Positions 42,528 through 52,820 of a stretch of DNA of 64,000 nucleotides are shown piece after piece (the first letter of the stretch is position 1; the number at the start of each line of letters is the position of its first letter). The translations under genes were made by a program, and so were the position numbers. The DNA is from an uncultured Gammaproteobacteria bacterium (GTDB lineage Bacteria > Pseudomonadota > Gammaproteobacteria > JABCZS01): contig CAWKDC010000001.1 in the NCBI GenBank assembly GCA_963848305.1, forward strand, positions 608,001 through 672,000. Reading direction: 5' to 3'. The notes under the pieces are model-generated. The model worked only from the letters and a program-made list of their open reading frames with translations. It was not told the DNA's origin and ran no database searches.

Positions 42528-43680
42528 TGACTATTCAGGCAACTGTTGGCCTAAGGATCAACATTTATTATTGATGCAAGCCGCGCTTCTTGACGGTGAT
42601 AAGGCATTAAACGCTTGGCATCAATGGATATCTACGGTCGATATTGACAAGCTTGACTATCCATCCTATCAGATAATCCCTTTGCTCTATCATAATCTTA
42701 AAAAAATGCAGATAAGTCATCCTGCAATGAATATTTTTAAGGGCATTCATCAACGCACCTGGGTTGAGAATCAACGAATGACGATGTTGTTCTCAGATGT
42801 CGTACAACAATTAATATCTCACGGTATCGACGAGATTGTTCTCATGAAAGGCGGGGCAATGATTGCTCTCTACTACCAAGATTTTGGCATGCGACAAATG
42901 GGTGACATCGACTTTCTGGTACGCCCTGAATGTGTTCAACAAGTCATGCAATGCTTAACAGAGCTCGGTTTCAAAGGAGAAAATATCGAGCATAAAATGA
43001 ATACACAACATGCAGTTAATTTAATGTGCGATTCTGCTCCTTTCAAAGGGCTCAATATTGATCTCCATTGGAGTATGCTCTATCAAATACCTCTCCCCAA
43101 CATTGATCCGCATTGGGTGCTCGATGCCGAGAAAACCTCTTTGCATGGTGTTAAATTATTGGCGTTGTCTCCCACACATTTGTTATATCAAACCTGTATT
43201 CATGGCTCAAAATACAGCCCATTGCCGCTCACGCGCTGGGTATTAGATGCCCATACTATTTTATCTCAGAAGAAAAATGTCATTAACTGGGATGCTCTTA
43301 TCGAAAGAGTCGATTATGATCGCACAGTTTTTCCCATGCTCCAAACACTGAGTTTTTTAATCGATCATTTTGATTCCCCTGTCCCCTCACATGTTCTTGA
43401 AAGATTGCGCGCATCACCCATACTGCGCTTTGAAAGATGGCATACACGGTTCAGCCAGCATAAGTGGTTAAGTTTAACACTGATATTCCCCCGTCTCTGG
43501 CATGAGCATCAAAGAATGCTACAAGGTGCATCAACCATAAAAGCGTTGATCAATTTTCCAGTTTTTTTGCAACATAAATTTTCGTTGAACAGCGTTTGGG
43601 CACTATTCTTCTTTTTGCCAACGAAGTCAATCCAGGTTATTCAGTCGAGGATCTTTTCTTTATTTCCCCGCGCGGACTAA
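42517..43680 (+). CDS. Nucleotidyltransferase family protein (NTP_transf_5-like)
   Basis: LMKGGA, RQMGDIDFLV, IDLHW, CIHG, RWVLD. Confidence 0.85.
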   Translation: MKNDDYSGNCWPKDQHLLLMQAALLDGDKALNAWHQWISTVDIDKLDYPSYQIIPLLYHNLKKMQISHPAMNIFKGIHQRTWVENQRMTMLFSDVVQQLISHGIDEIVLMKGGAMIALYYQDFGMRQMGDIDFLVRPECVQQVMQCLTELGFKGENIEHKMNTQHAVNLMCDSAPFKGLNIDLHWSMLYQIPLPNIDPHWVLDAEKTSLHGVKLLALSPTHLLYQTCIHGSKYSPLPLTRWVLDAHTILSQKKNVINWDALIERVDYDRTVFPMLQTLSFLIDHFDSPVPSHVLERLRASPILRFERWHTRFSQHKWLSLTLIFPRLWHEHQRMLQGASTIKALINFPVFLQHKFSLNSVWALFFFLPTKSIQVIQSRIFSLFPRAD

Positions 43681-45924
43681 ACTACCTAACCCCGCCTCTA
43701 CCAATGCATTTTCAAGTAAAGCGCGTGTTTTGAGAGGATCATCCAATTGCAGTACAAATCCCAATAATGATTGTGCAACTGAGAGGGGAATATTACGTAT
43801 GACCCACTTAACCCGTGTTAAACTCATGGCGTTCATGCTCAAGGAATCGTAGCCCATGGCCAATAACAAAATAACGCTCGCTGGATCACCTGCCATTTCG
43901 CCACAGATGCTGACTGGTTTTCCCTGTGCATGTGCTCCTTCTACCACTTGAATCAATGCTTGTATGACAGCGGGGTGAAATGAATCATATAAATTAGCCA
44001 CACGTGAATTATTTCGATCCACTGCCAACATATATTGTGTCAAATCATTGCTACCAACTGATAAAAAATCGCATTCACTCGCAAATAAACTTGCTTGATA
44101 AACTGCCGATGGGACTTCTACCATAACCCCCACTTGAGGACGATCAATGAGCAGATCTTCCGATTTGACTTCATAATAAGCTTGTTCAATCAGCGCATTG
44201 GCTTCTCGAATTTCACGAACAGCACTGACCATCGGAAGCATAATGCGCAAATTATTAAGCCCACTGCTCGCACGCAACATCGCACGCACTTGTACCATAA
44301 AGATTTCAGGATGATCGAGTGTGATGCGCAAACCGCGCCATCCTAAAAATGGATTTTCTTCTGCAAAGCTAAAATAAGGTAATACTTTATCGCCGCCCAC
44401 ATCCAAGGTCCGCATGGTGACAGGACGTGGATAAAATGCTCGCAGGATTTGTTCATATATTTGACGCTGTTCTTCTTCACTGGGAAAACGTTCCCGAATC
44501 ATGAACGGGACTTCTGTCCGATAAAGTCCAACACCTTCTGCACCCACATTCAAGGAGGAAGGAATATCGGCAACCAATCCTGTATTCACCAGCAAAGGCA
44601 CATGGTGACCGTCAGGCGTGCATGCTGGTTGGTTGTGTAGCGCTTGCAATCCTTCCTGAAATGCCTTCCCTTCCTTCATAAGACGAGAAAATTCTTTGCA
44701 GACGGTCAGCGAAGGAGATAAATGCACTTTCCCATGATAACCATCAATCGCAAGTGTTTGTTTATCAATGCCGCCTAATGGTAATTCGTAGGCGCCCATA
44801 ACCGTTGGAATACCCATAGAACGTGCCAGAATGGCCACATGAGAATTCGATGATCCACGCAAACAGACGATACCGACTAATTTATCAGCGGGAACTTCTG
44901 CCAAATTGGATGCACTGATATCCTCACCCACTAGAATTGTTTGTTCATAATATACCGGCACTTCTTTTTGTTCTGCTTGCAGTTTAGACAGTATGCGCGC
45001 ACCAAGATCTTTCAAATCTGTTGAACGTTCTCGCAAATAAGCATCTTCCATCGATTCAAAATTTAAAATATGTTTTGAGATCACCTCGCGCAGCGCGGCT
45101 TGAGACCAGCATTTTTTGGTCTTGATCACCTCAATAACTTCATCACCCAACCCTGATCGTTCCAGCATGTTGATATAAGCATTGAATAATGCCTGTTCTT
45201 CTGTCGGCAAAGATTTTTTAAGCCGATCGGCAAGTTCACGCATTTCATCACGCGCTGATTGCAATGCTTCTAAAAAGTGATCGATTTCAGCATTCACATC
45301 TTCAATATGACGATCGGGGACGGCATCTAAATCTGCAAGGGGATACACACGTACTGCTGTCCCGATGGCCACACCAGGAGCACCTGCAATCCCTTGAATT
45401 TCTGACTCGCGCTTGGATTTAAAAGCACTGCCATCAATTTCGCTCTCTGTTTTGACTTGCGCAATGATCCCTCCCAGTTGTGCTGACACTGTTAATAAAA
45501 ATGCTTCTTCATTTTCATCAAACGTGCGATTGCCTGACTGTTGCGCCACCAAAATACCCAGCACTTTGCGCTGGTGGATGATGGGGACGCCCAGGAAAGC
45601 GGCATATCTTTCTTCACCGGTTTCAGGAAAATACATATAATTGGGATGATTGACAGCATCTTCAATATTGAGTAATTCTTCTCTTTCGCCAACCAAGCCC
45701 ACTAAACCCTGACCGACATCTATTTTCAACATACCGTCTATGCCAGGGTGATACCCTTTTGAGGCAATCAATGTATAGCAAGCCTCTTTTTCATTTTTGA
45801 GGAAAATCGCACATGCATCCACATGAATGGTTTCACAGACACGTCTCACCACAATACTCAACGCATCTGCAAGACCTGACGCTGCACTCATTTCTTGTGT
45901 GATACGTCGAATGAATTGGATCAT
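43660..45924 (-). CDS. ptsP: PTS enzyme I-Ntr (GAF domain plus EI)
   Basis: N-terminal GAF, GSSNSHVAILAR, GVGLYRTE, SVGSNDLTQY, CGEMAGD. Confidence 0.96.
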   Translation of the reverse strand: MIQFIRRITQEMSAASGLADALSIVVRRVCETIHVDACAIFLKNEKEACYTLIASKGYHPGIDGMLKIDVGQGLVGLVGEREELLNIEDAVNHPNYMYFPETGEERYAAFLGVPIIHQRKVLGILVAQQSGNRTFDENEEAFLLTVSAQLGGIIAQVKTESEIDGSAFKSKRESEIQGIAGAPGVAIGTAVRVYPLADLDAVPDRHIEDVNAEIDHFLEALQSARDEMRELADRLKKSLPTEEQALFNAYINMLERSGLGDEVIEVIKTKKCWSQAALREVISKHILNFESMEDAYLRERSTDLKDLGARILSKLQAEQKEVPVYYEQTILVGEDISASNLAEVPADKLVGIVCLRGSSNSHVAILARSMGIPTVMGAYELPLGGIDKQTLAIDGYHGKVHLSPSLTVCKEFSRLMKEGKAFQEGLQALHNQPACTPDGHHVPLLVNTGLVADIPSSLNVGAEGVGLYRTEVPFMIRERFPSEEEQRQIYEQILRAFYPRPVTMRTLDVGGDKVLPYFSFAEENPFLGWRGLRITLDHPEIFMVQVRAMLRASSGLNNLRIMLPMVSAVREIREANALIEQAYYEVKSEDLLIDRPQVGVMVEVPSAVYQASLFASECDFLSVGSNDLTQYMLAVDRNNSRVANLYDSFHPAVIQALIQVVEGAHAQGKPVSICGEMAGDPASVILLLAMGYDSLSMNAMSLTRVKWVIRNIPLSVAQSLLGFVLQLDDPLKTRALLENALVEAGLGSLVRAGK

Positions 45925-46403
45925 GAGGACTCTGGAAACAAAATAGGCCTAAAATAATCTAGGGTTTGCTCATACACTTCTTTTTTAAATGCCACAATGT
46001 GCTTGAGCGGGTAATCATACTCTACCCAGCGCCATTCATCGAACTCATGGTGTTCTGCATTCGTCAATGTAACATGCTCATCATCTGATAGCATGCGCAA
46101 TAAAAACCAAATTTGCTTCTGCCCCACATAGCGTTCACCTGAGCTATTCGTCTTTTCAAGCATGAATTGATACGTGACCCATTCTTCTGTTTGCGCTAAA
46201 ATCGTGACATCATCAGGATTTAAACCGACTTCTTCATGCAATTCGCGGTACATGGCCTCTTCCAAGGTTTCCCCGGGCTTTATTCCCCCTTGGGGAAATT
46301 GCCAATTATCCGTGCCTGAGCGTTTGGCAAACAACAATTGATTGTCTTTGTTGCAAATAATGATTCCCACATTGGGGCGATATCCTAGTGCATCCACTGC
46401 CAT
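45921..46403 (-). CDS. rppH: RNA pyrophosphohydrolase
   Basis: GYRPNVG, WQFPQGG, Nudix box RELHEEVG, GQKQIWF; adjacent to ptsP. Confidence 0.95.
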   Translation of the reverse strand: MAVDALGYRPNVGIIICNKDNQLLFAKRSGTDNWQFPQGGIKPGETLEEAMYRELHEEVGLNPDDVTILAQTEEWVTYQFMLEKTNSSGERYVGQKQIWFLLRMLSDDEHVTLTNAEHHEFDEWRWVEYDYPLKHIVAFKKEVYEQTLDYFRPILFPESS

Positions 46404-46412
46404 ATTTGCTCC

Positions 46413-47638
46413 TTACTTTTCGTCTGAACGCGGATCTAGCTGTGTGACTTCAATTGAACTCTGTGGCACTGACACAAATGGCATTTCTTGTTCAGGCTGT
46501 TTTGGCGAGTGCAGACGTTCAATCACACAGGCAGACGCGAGCGCCAAACTCGCTATCCCAATATAAATAAAATATCCTGTTAAATCTGAAATCTGAAGAA
46601 ATGGAACCATGACCAATCGAGCACCGCAACAGAACCCACGGCATAAGCGATATAAAGTACCGCAACAGCAGATAAGACATGTTGCGGATCGATTCTATCG
46701 ATAGTGTAGGCAATGCTAATAGGATATATGAGAAACGAACTTCCCCCTAATAAGAAACATAGCACGCGCAATGCATTGATGTTGTCATAGAAGATGATCA
46801 TGAATGCGCCCACCAGCGCACACATCAATGCGCACCCAGCCAAAACGAAACGCCGATCAAACCTGTCAGATAATTTCCCTATTGGATATTGCATTATTGT
46901 GCCACCCAATATAACAGCAAACATTGCATCTGCCACTGCATTCTCGTGCCCAGCGTAAATCAAAAACTTAGGAATGAAAGCATATATGACTGATAATACC
47001 ATGCCAGATCCAATACAGCCTATCACCCCCAAAGGTGCGCGACGGGTGACGAATGTGAGCGATGCGGTTTCGGTCTTTTCAGCGTGAGGCGGTTTGAATT
47101 TGGTCAGCATCAATGGAAACACGCTGACAGCCGTGCAGCCCGCCATGATAGAAAATAGAAATGTGGCTGATGCACCTGGAATGCCCAGGAGCCACTGGCT
47201 CGAAGCTTGACCTGCATAAAAAGCCAGCATATACACACCCAGCACTTGACCACGATTGTGGGTATTGCTGAGGGCTAACAACCAGCTTTCGATAATGATA
47301 TAAAGACCTGCTAATGCGAAACCAATCACAAAACGCAGAAAAATCCACAGGTACAATTCATACCACAACCCCTGCAATAAATTCGCTGCAATACACATTG
47401 CGGCAAACACGGCATATGCCCGCACATGTTTCAGCGCAACAATGATTTTGGGGCAGAAAAATGAGCCAACAACGACCCCGAGAAACAATGAAGATGACAC
47501 AATGGCGATGGCCAAGTTACTGGCTTGATGACTGTTCATGATCACAGTGGTCAATGAAACCGTGACCCCATTGCCCAACACCAATATTAAAATACTGAGT
47601 AATGGTGCAATGAAAATGAGATAATGTGCGCGCGACAT
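46413..47638 (-). CDS. YcaD-like MFS transporter with an apparent frameshift near 46625
   Basis: IESWL, RGQVLGVY, QYPIGKLSDRFDRR; last TM and tail are in ORF 46413-46616; span 1226 = 3n-1. Confidence 0.8.
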
Positions 47639-47639
47639 A

Positions 47640-48728
47640 TCAATCACCTTCCTGATCAATCAGGGTACGGCGTACCCGAGGATTCACTGCCGTTGTTAAA
47701 GTATATGGTATGGTATTTGCAGCTTTGGCGACTTCTTCAATCGGCAAACCTTCACCCCACAATACCACATGATCGCCCCGCTTTGCATCTGGCGCATTGC
47801 GCAAATCAATCATCATTAAATCCATGGCCACACGGGCAATCGTCTGGCAGCGCTTGCCATTCACCAAGACAGGCGCGGGCATTGCCAGGTGGCGTGGATA
47901 GCCGTCAGCATAACCCATGGCGATGATACCCACAGGCATGTCTTCTGGGCATTGAATTTCGCCGCCATATCCCAAATTTTCGCCCTTCTTGCGTTGATCC
48001 ACGCGCACCAACACACTGCGCAAAGTCATCACGGGACGCAAACCCAATGAAGCAGCGCTTTTACTGAGAAATGGAGAAATGCCGTATAACATGATGCCAG
48101 GACGCACCCAATCATATTGGGTTTGTGGCCAAGCCATGATCGCCGCTGATTTTGCAAAGCTTTTTTCTTCGGGCAGATCTTTCACCACACTCTGGAATGC
48201 ATCAATTTGCTGCTGAGTGATGGGATGCTCTGGACGTTCCGGCACCACACAATGGCTCATGAGGCGAATACTTTTAACGGAGCGACAAGCTTTCAGACGA
48301 CGATAAGCTGCCATGGACTCGCTCACGGGAAACCCCAGCCGCCCCAAGCCTGTGTCAATTTTTAACCACACATCAAAAACGTGATCGTCAGGCGCATGCT
48401 CGAGCATCTCAAGGTGATCCACATGGTGAACAAGCACACTCAAGCCATATTGAAGATAGATCGGCAAATCGGCCGCATCCATTGGGCCGCACATCACGAG
48501 TATGGGCGTTTGAATCCCCGCTTCACGCAACGTCACTGCTTCGTCTAAGCGCGCCACACCAAAAGCATCTGCATCTTCCAGTGCCTTCGCACAAACAACA
48601 GCCCCATGACCATAGGCATTCGCTTTGATCATCGCCATCACACGAGAGTGGGGGGCATATTCGCGCACGCGTTTAAGGTTATGCTTTAACGCATGAATAT
48701 TGATCTCGAGCTCGGGCGTGTACATCAA
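47640..48728 (-). CDS. alr: Alanine racemase
   Basis: IKANAYGHG, KIDTGLGRLG, VRPGIMLYG, GYADGYPR. Confidence 0.96.
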   Translation of the reverse strand: MMYTPELEINIHALKHNLKRVREYAPHSRVMAMIKANAYGHGAVVCAKALEDADAFGVARLDEAVTLREAGIQTPILVMCGPMDAADLPIYLQYGLSVLVHHVDHLEMLEHAPDDHVFDVWLKIDTGLGRLGFPVSESMAAYRRLKACRSVKSIRLMSHCVVPERPEHPITQQQIDAFQSVVKDLPEEKSFAKSAAIMAWPQTQYDWVRPGIMLYGISPFLSKSAASLGLRPVMTLRSVLVRVDQRKKGENLGYGGEIQCPEDMPVGIIAMGYADGYPRHLAMPAPVLVNGKRCQTIARVAMDLMMIDLRNAPDAKRGDHVVLWGEGLPIEEVAKAANTIPYTLTTAVNPRVRRTLIDQEGD

Positions 48729-50107
48729 TAAAAACCATCCTGCGAACCATTACCCGCAAAATTTTCAAACCGGCAAAATTGCCCTTTAAAACCTAACCGC
48801 ACAGTACCTGTGGGACCATTCCGTTGCTTCGCAATGATGATCTCCGCAACCCCTTTTTCGGTCGTTTCTTTATTGTACACCTCATCACGGTAAATAAAGA
48901 CAATCAAATCCGCATCTTGCTCGATGGCGCCTGATTCGCGCAAATCAGACATGACAGGCCGTTTATTGGGACGATGCTCAAGTTCACGATTCAACTGAGA
49001 CAATGCAATCACAGGCACGCGTAATTCTTTCGCCAATAATTTAAGTGATCGTGAAATCTCTGAAATTTCAGTGGTGCGATTCTCTTTGCTGCCCGGCACT
49101 TGCATCAGTTGCAGATAATCGAGGACAATCAATCCCAAATTCCCATATTCGCGCGCTGCACGGCGCGCACGTGCACGCATTTCCGCTGGGCTCAAGCCTG
49201 GAGTATCGTCGATCAACAATGAAGTGCCTGATAAAATTGAGACCGCGGAACTGAACCGTGGCCAATCTTCATCTTGCAATTTACCGGTTCTTAATCGATG
49301 TTGTTCAATTTGCCCGAGTGACGATAGCATGCGCATGGCAAGTTGTTCACCAGGCATTTCCATACTGAATACCAATGCAGTTTTTTTCTCTTTGATCACC
49401 ACATTTTCAACCATGTTCATGGCAAATGTGGTTTTACCCATGGAAGGTCGGCCAGCGACAATCAATAGATCAGACTGCTGCAAGCCTGCGGTGAGTTCGT
49501 CAAAATCGGTGTAACCAGTCGCAAGCCCTGTGACAGTGGTATCAGCGTGATACAGCATATCGATGCGTTCAACTGCTCGCGCCAACAAATTTTTAATGGG
49601 GTTCGGCTCACCTGCTCGGGTTCCTTCTTCTGCGATGCTGAAGACTTTTCGCTCTGCATCGTCAAGCAGTTCAACAGGTGTGCGCCCATTGGTGGTGAAC
49701 GCGCTTTCTGCAATCTCATTACCCACGCGGATGAGTTGCCGCATCACGGAGCGCTCATGGACAATATCTGCGTAAGCAGCCACGTTGGCTGCAGAGGGGG
49801 TATTTTTAGCCAGATCAATCAAGTAGGCAAGCCCACCGGCGTCTTCAAGTTTATTGATTTCTGCCAGGGATTCGGACAGGGTGATAACGTCAATCGGTTG
49901 GCTTTTGCTGGTCAGCAATTGCATGGCACGAAAAATCAGGCGGTGATCGAAACGGTAAAAATCTTTCTCATTCACACGCTCAACCACGCGCTCCCAGGCT
50001 TGGTTGTCCAGCATCAAACCGCCGAGAATAGACTGCTCAGCCTCAATAGAATGGGGAGGGACGCGAGCGTCCTCAAGCATTTGAGAACGCTGTGCTGGCG
50101 TTAACAT
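48725..50107 (-). CDS. dnaB: Replicative DNA helicase
   Basis: PPHSIEAEQS, GRPSMGKT, DYLQLM, SDLRESGAIEQDAD; start taken at MLTPAQ. Confidence 0.97.
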   Translation of the reverse strand: MLTPAQRSQMLEDARVPPHSIEAEQSILGGLMLDNQAWERVVERVNEKDFYRFDHRLIFRAMQLLTSKSQPIDVITLSESLAEINKLEDAGGLAYLIDLAKNTPSAANVAAYADIVHERSVMRQLIRVGNEIAESAFTTNGRTPVELLDDAERKVFSIAEEGTRAGEPNPIKNLLARAVERIDMLYHADTTVTGLATGYTDFDELTAGLQQSDLLIVAGRPSMGKTTFAMNMVENVVIKEKKTALVFSMEMPGEQLAMRMLSSLGQIEQHRLRTGKLQDEDWPRFSSAVSILSGTSLLIDDTPGLSPAEMRARARRAAREYGNLGLIVLDYLQLMQVPGSKENRTTEISEISRSLKLLAKELRVPVIALSQLNRELEHRPNKRPVMSDLRESGAIEQDADLIVFIYRDEVYNKETTEKGVAEIIIAKQRNGPTGTVRLGFKGQFCRFENFAGNGSQDGFY

Positions 50108-50135
50108 GGTGTGGTGCCCCTCCCTCCATTTAGAA

Positions 50136-50585
50136 TCAAGCGTCTGAGAGCACTTCCACATGAACAACGGCAGCGACTGACGGATGCAAATGAACATGAA
50201 TCTCATATTCACCGATAAAACGAATGGGGCCGTCGGGCAATGCAATTTGACTGCGTTCTACTTCAACGCCTGCTGCAATAATGGCATCAGCCAGCTCACG
50301 TGAACCCAATGAACCGAACAACTTGCCTTCCTCGCTGACGGCAGCCGTCAGTGATAAGCGCAAAGCATTCAATTTCTCAGCAAGTGCTTGCGCATGTGCC
50401 AATTTTGTAGCTTCTTGTGCAGCCAATTCTGCGCGGTGCGCTTCGAATTTTGCCAAATTGGCAGCGGTTGCAAACACAGCCTTGTGGTGGGGAACCAAGT
50501 AATTACGTGCATAACCAGGTTTCACACGCACTTTGTCGCCCAAGGAACCCAGATGGGTCACTGCTTCCAATAAAATCACTTCCAT
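50136..50585 (-). CDS. rplI: 50S ribosomal protein L9
   Basis: LGSLGDKVRVKPGYARNYL, GKLFGS. Confidence 0.96.
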   Translation of the reverse strand: MEVILLEAVTHLGSLGDKVRVKPGYARNYLVPHHKAVFATAANLAKFEAHRAELAAQEATKLAHAQALAEKLNALRLSLTAAVSEEGKLFGSLGSRELADAIIAAGVEVERSQIALPDGPIRFIGEYEIHVHLHPSVAAVVHVEVLSDA

Positions 50586-50595
50586 CACTCTCACC

Positions 50596-51543
50596 TCATT
50601 TACTCTTAAAATTCGCTAACATGCGACGACGCAAATCTAACCCTGCATCTGCCAACGCAAGCAACACCAAACCGGGTAATATCACCGGCCCCAGTAGCAT
50701 GATGGATGCGTAAAGCAGCAGAAGAACCCACCACCCTTTTCGCTTAAAAGCCACATACCAATGAGCCACTCCAAGCCCCGCAAGCACGAGCAATCCCAAA
50801 GCCACCGCGCTCAGCTGTGAAATGATAACATATTCTGGCGATTGGGAAAGCACTTCCATGCTATTCGGCGAAAAAAAATCTGCCAGAAATGCCACGCCAA
50901 AAAAGACCGCCGCCACTTTGCTCAGCCTGATGTCTTGAAAATCCTTGGCGAAGCCACCTTTGTAATACAATGCTGACTGAAAATAGCGTGACAACAGCAG
51001 GATCATGCTCTGGAATGTAAAATACAAAAACGGCCAAAACAGCATGATCATGAAGGCTGCCTGTTCTAGCGAAATACTATAAAGACTTGATAAAGCATCA
51101 ATTTCTGTGTAACCCATGAGCTCACGGCGGTGCTCAAAGAAGGCGACCATCTTATCAAGATCATAAGGCCCTGACACCAGGTAATTGAACACGATGATAC
51201 CGGCCATGATAAAAGCGCCGGCTTCCAACGCCAGACCCAATTGGCGTGTCGTGCGCAGCACGACAGCCATCAAGCCAATAGGCGCAAAAAGTGACAGGAA
51301 TGGACCAATTGTATAGCTGGCACCGACAAAACTGTAATGCTGTTCGCTTGCGTATGCAGCCGCGAGAACAGCCACATACCCCAGATAACTGAGCAGGCCA
51401 CCCGAGCGCAAAAGCACCAAGGTCGCCAATACAATGCCAAACCAATGGGGACCCGGCAACAAGGCCAGCGCAATGGCAACAGGCATTGCCTGTGCCGGCT
51501 GGCCGATGAAGCGTTCACACCATTGGCGGAATGACATCCACAT
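50596..51543 (-). CDS. DUF2232/YybS-like membrane protein
   Basis: Multi-TM ORF between rpsR and rplI with RYFQSALY..GGF..DF..IRL. Confidence 0.75.
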   Translation of the reverse strand: MWMSFRQWCERFIGQPAQAMPVAIALALLPGPHWFGIVLATLVLLRSGGLLSYLGYVAVLAAAYASEQHYSFVGASYTIGPFLSLFAPIGLMAVVLRTTRQLGLALEAGAFIMAGIIVFNYLVSGPYDLDKMVAFFEHRRELMGYTEIDALSSLYSISLEQAAFMIMLFWPFLYFTFQSMILLLSRYFQSALYYKGGFAKDFQDIRLSKVAAVFFGVAFLADFFSPNSMEVLSQSPEYVIISQLSAVALGLLVLAGLGVAHWYVAFKRKGWWVLLLLYASIMLLGPVILPGLVLLALADAGLDLRRRMLANFKSK

Positions 51544-51785
51544 TAGTCCGTATAAGGTATCAATGCCAAATAACGGGCCAACTTGATGGCAGCAGCCATT
51601 TGACGTTGGTAAATAGCGCCAGTACCAGTAATGCGGCTAGGCACAATTTGACCACTTTCAGTGATGTAGTTTCTCAAGAGGTGAAGATCTTTGTAATCGA
51701 TTTCCACTTCTTTCGACTTGAATTTGCAGGACTTTTTACGAAAAGGCGCATTGCTGCCGCCTTGTGATCTAAAATTCTTTGCCAT
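51543..51785 (-). CDS. rpsR: 30S ribosomal protein S18
   Basis: [25 protein letters not shown]. Confidence 0.96.
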   Translation of the reverse strand: MAKNFRSQGGSNAPFRKKSCKFKSKEVEIDYKDLHLLRNYITESGQIVPSRITGTGAIYQRQMAAAIKLARYLALIPYTD

Positions 51786-51798
51786 GATTTATTTCCCC

Positions 51799-52185
51799 TT
51801 AAACTGCTGATTGCTCACTGTTATACTCTTCACGGTGACCGCCATAACCACCGCGGTACTCTTCTTTAGCGGACTTGAGCAGGGCGGAAGGCGTTGTGAC
51901 TGCCTCATCTTTGCTGAGGATCAAACGGCGCAAGATAGCGTCGTTGAAACGGAACAGATTGTCCAGTTCAGCACGGGTGGCTTGATCGCACTCGATATTC
52001 ATGAGGATATAATGGGCTTTGTGGACCTTTTTGATGGGATAAGCCAACTGACGGCGGCCCCAGTCTTCAAAACGGTGGATTTGGCCCTTGGCGGTTTCAA
52101 TCATAGAACGGTAACGTTCAATCATGGCAGGCACTTGTTCGCTTTGGTCAGGGTGAACCAACAACACCACTTCATAGTGACGCAT
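51799..52185 (-). CDS. rpsF: 30S ribosomal protein S6
   Basis: [26 protein letters not shown]. Confidence 0.97.
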   Translation of the reverse strand: MRHYEVVLLVHPDQSEQVPAMIERYRSMIETAKGQIHRFEDWGRRQLAYPIKKVHKAHYILMNIECDQATRAELDNLFRFNDAILRRLILSKDEAVTTPSALLKSAKEEYRGGYGGHREEYNSEQSAV

Positions 52186-52339
52186 ATTAACTTCCTCTCG
52201 GTTAAAGCCACCCGACAAGCGGTGTGGCAAGGTGATAAAGGGGGCATCCTACCACACTTACGGGCTAAAACCAACATATTCTTGAATGTTGGACTATACT
52301 CATGTTAGGTACCTTTTACTTAGCTAAGGAGCTACTATT

Positions 52340-52636
52340 ATGCTTATGTTTACAATGCACATTGCCTTCGCGTTGGGTCTTATCGCTCTGACCTTAGGTC
52401 TTTGCCTCAAGAAATGGTGTTGCTGCTGTAAGTCAAGCTGTGAAACCACAGGTGAAAAAGGCGGCGCGTGCGGCACGTCCAAATGCAGATGCTGGTGTGG
52501 TATGGTGATTGTGATTTTGGCTCTCTTGAGCTTGCTCTGCACCGTTCATACAGGCTACGGATATTGGAAAGCTGGCGAATTCAAAATGCCTGCCCCAATG
52601 GCCACTGAAGAAACGATCAACATGAGCGTTCAATAA
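52340..52636 (+). CDS. Small Cys-rich membrane protein
   Basis: TAAGGAG RBS; two TM helices around a CCCC...C...C...CRCWC loop; terminator follows. Confidence 0.75.
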   Translation: MLMFTMHIAFALGLIALTLGLCLKKWCCCCKSSCETTGEKGGACGTSKCRCWCGMVIVILALLSLLCTVHTGYGYWKAGEFKMPAPMATEETINMSVQ

Positions 52637-52656
52637 CACTCAATTTATTCATCTTA

Positions 52657-52690
52657 AAAACCCCCGATGCGGAAGTATCGGGGGTTTTTC
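52657..52690. terminator. Bidirectional intrinsic terminator
   Basis: aaaaacccccgat-gcggaagt-atcgggggttttt. Confidence 0.85.
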
Positions 52691-52757
52691 TTTGTCACAA
52701 TTCCCGACCCCTCAAAGAGTACACATATCTTCAAGTCAGCGTCGAGAATATTTATTA

Positions 52758-52786
52758 TTGACAATAAAAATATTGATGGATATGAT
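52758..52786 (+). promoter_or_regulatory. Sigma70 promoter of the toxin gene
   Basis: TTGACA-17-TATGAT; GGGAG RBS before ATG 52821. Confidence 0.65.
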
Positions 52787-52820
52787 ACCTCTTGTGCTTC
52801 TCAAAGCAGGGAGAATAATA

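Noticed and set aside
38293-43680. Complete lasso peptide cluster
   Set aside because: No cyclase, no leader peptidase and no standalone precursor found
48725-50245. DnaB intein or long N-terminal extension
   Set aside because: The helicase motifs are contiguous; the extension overlaps rplI and reflects an upstream alternative start call
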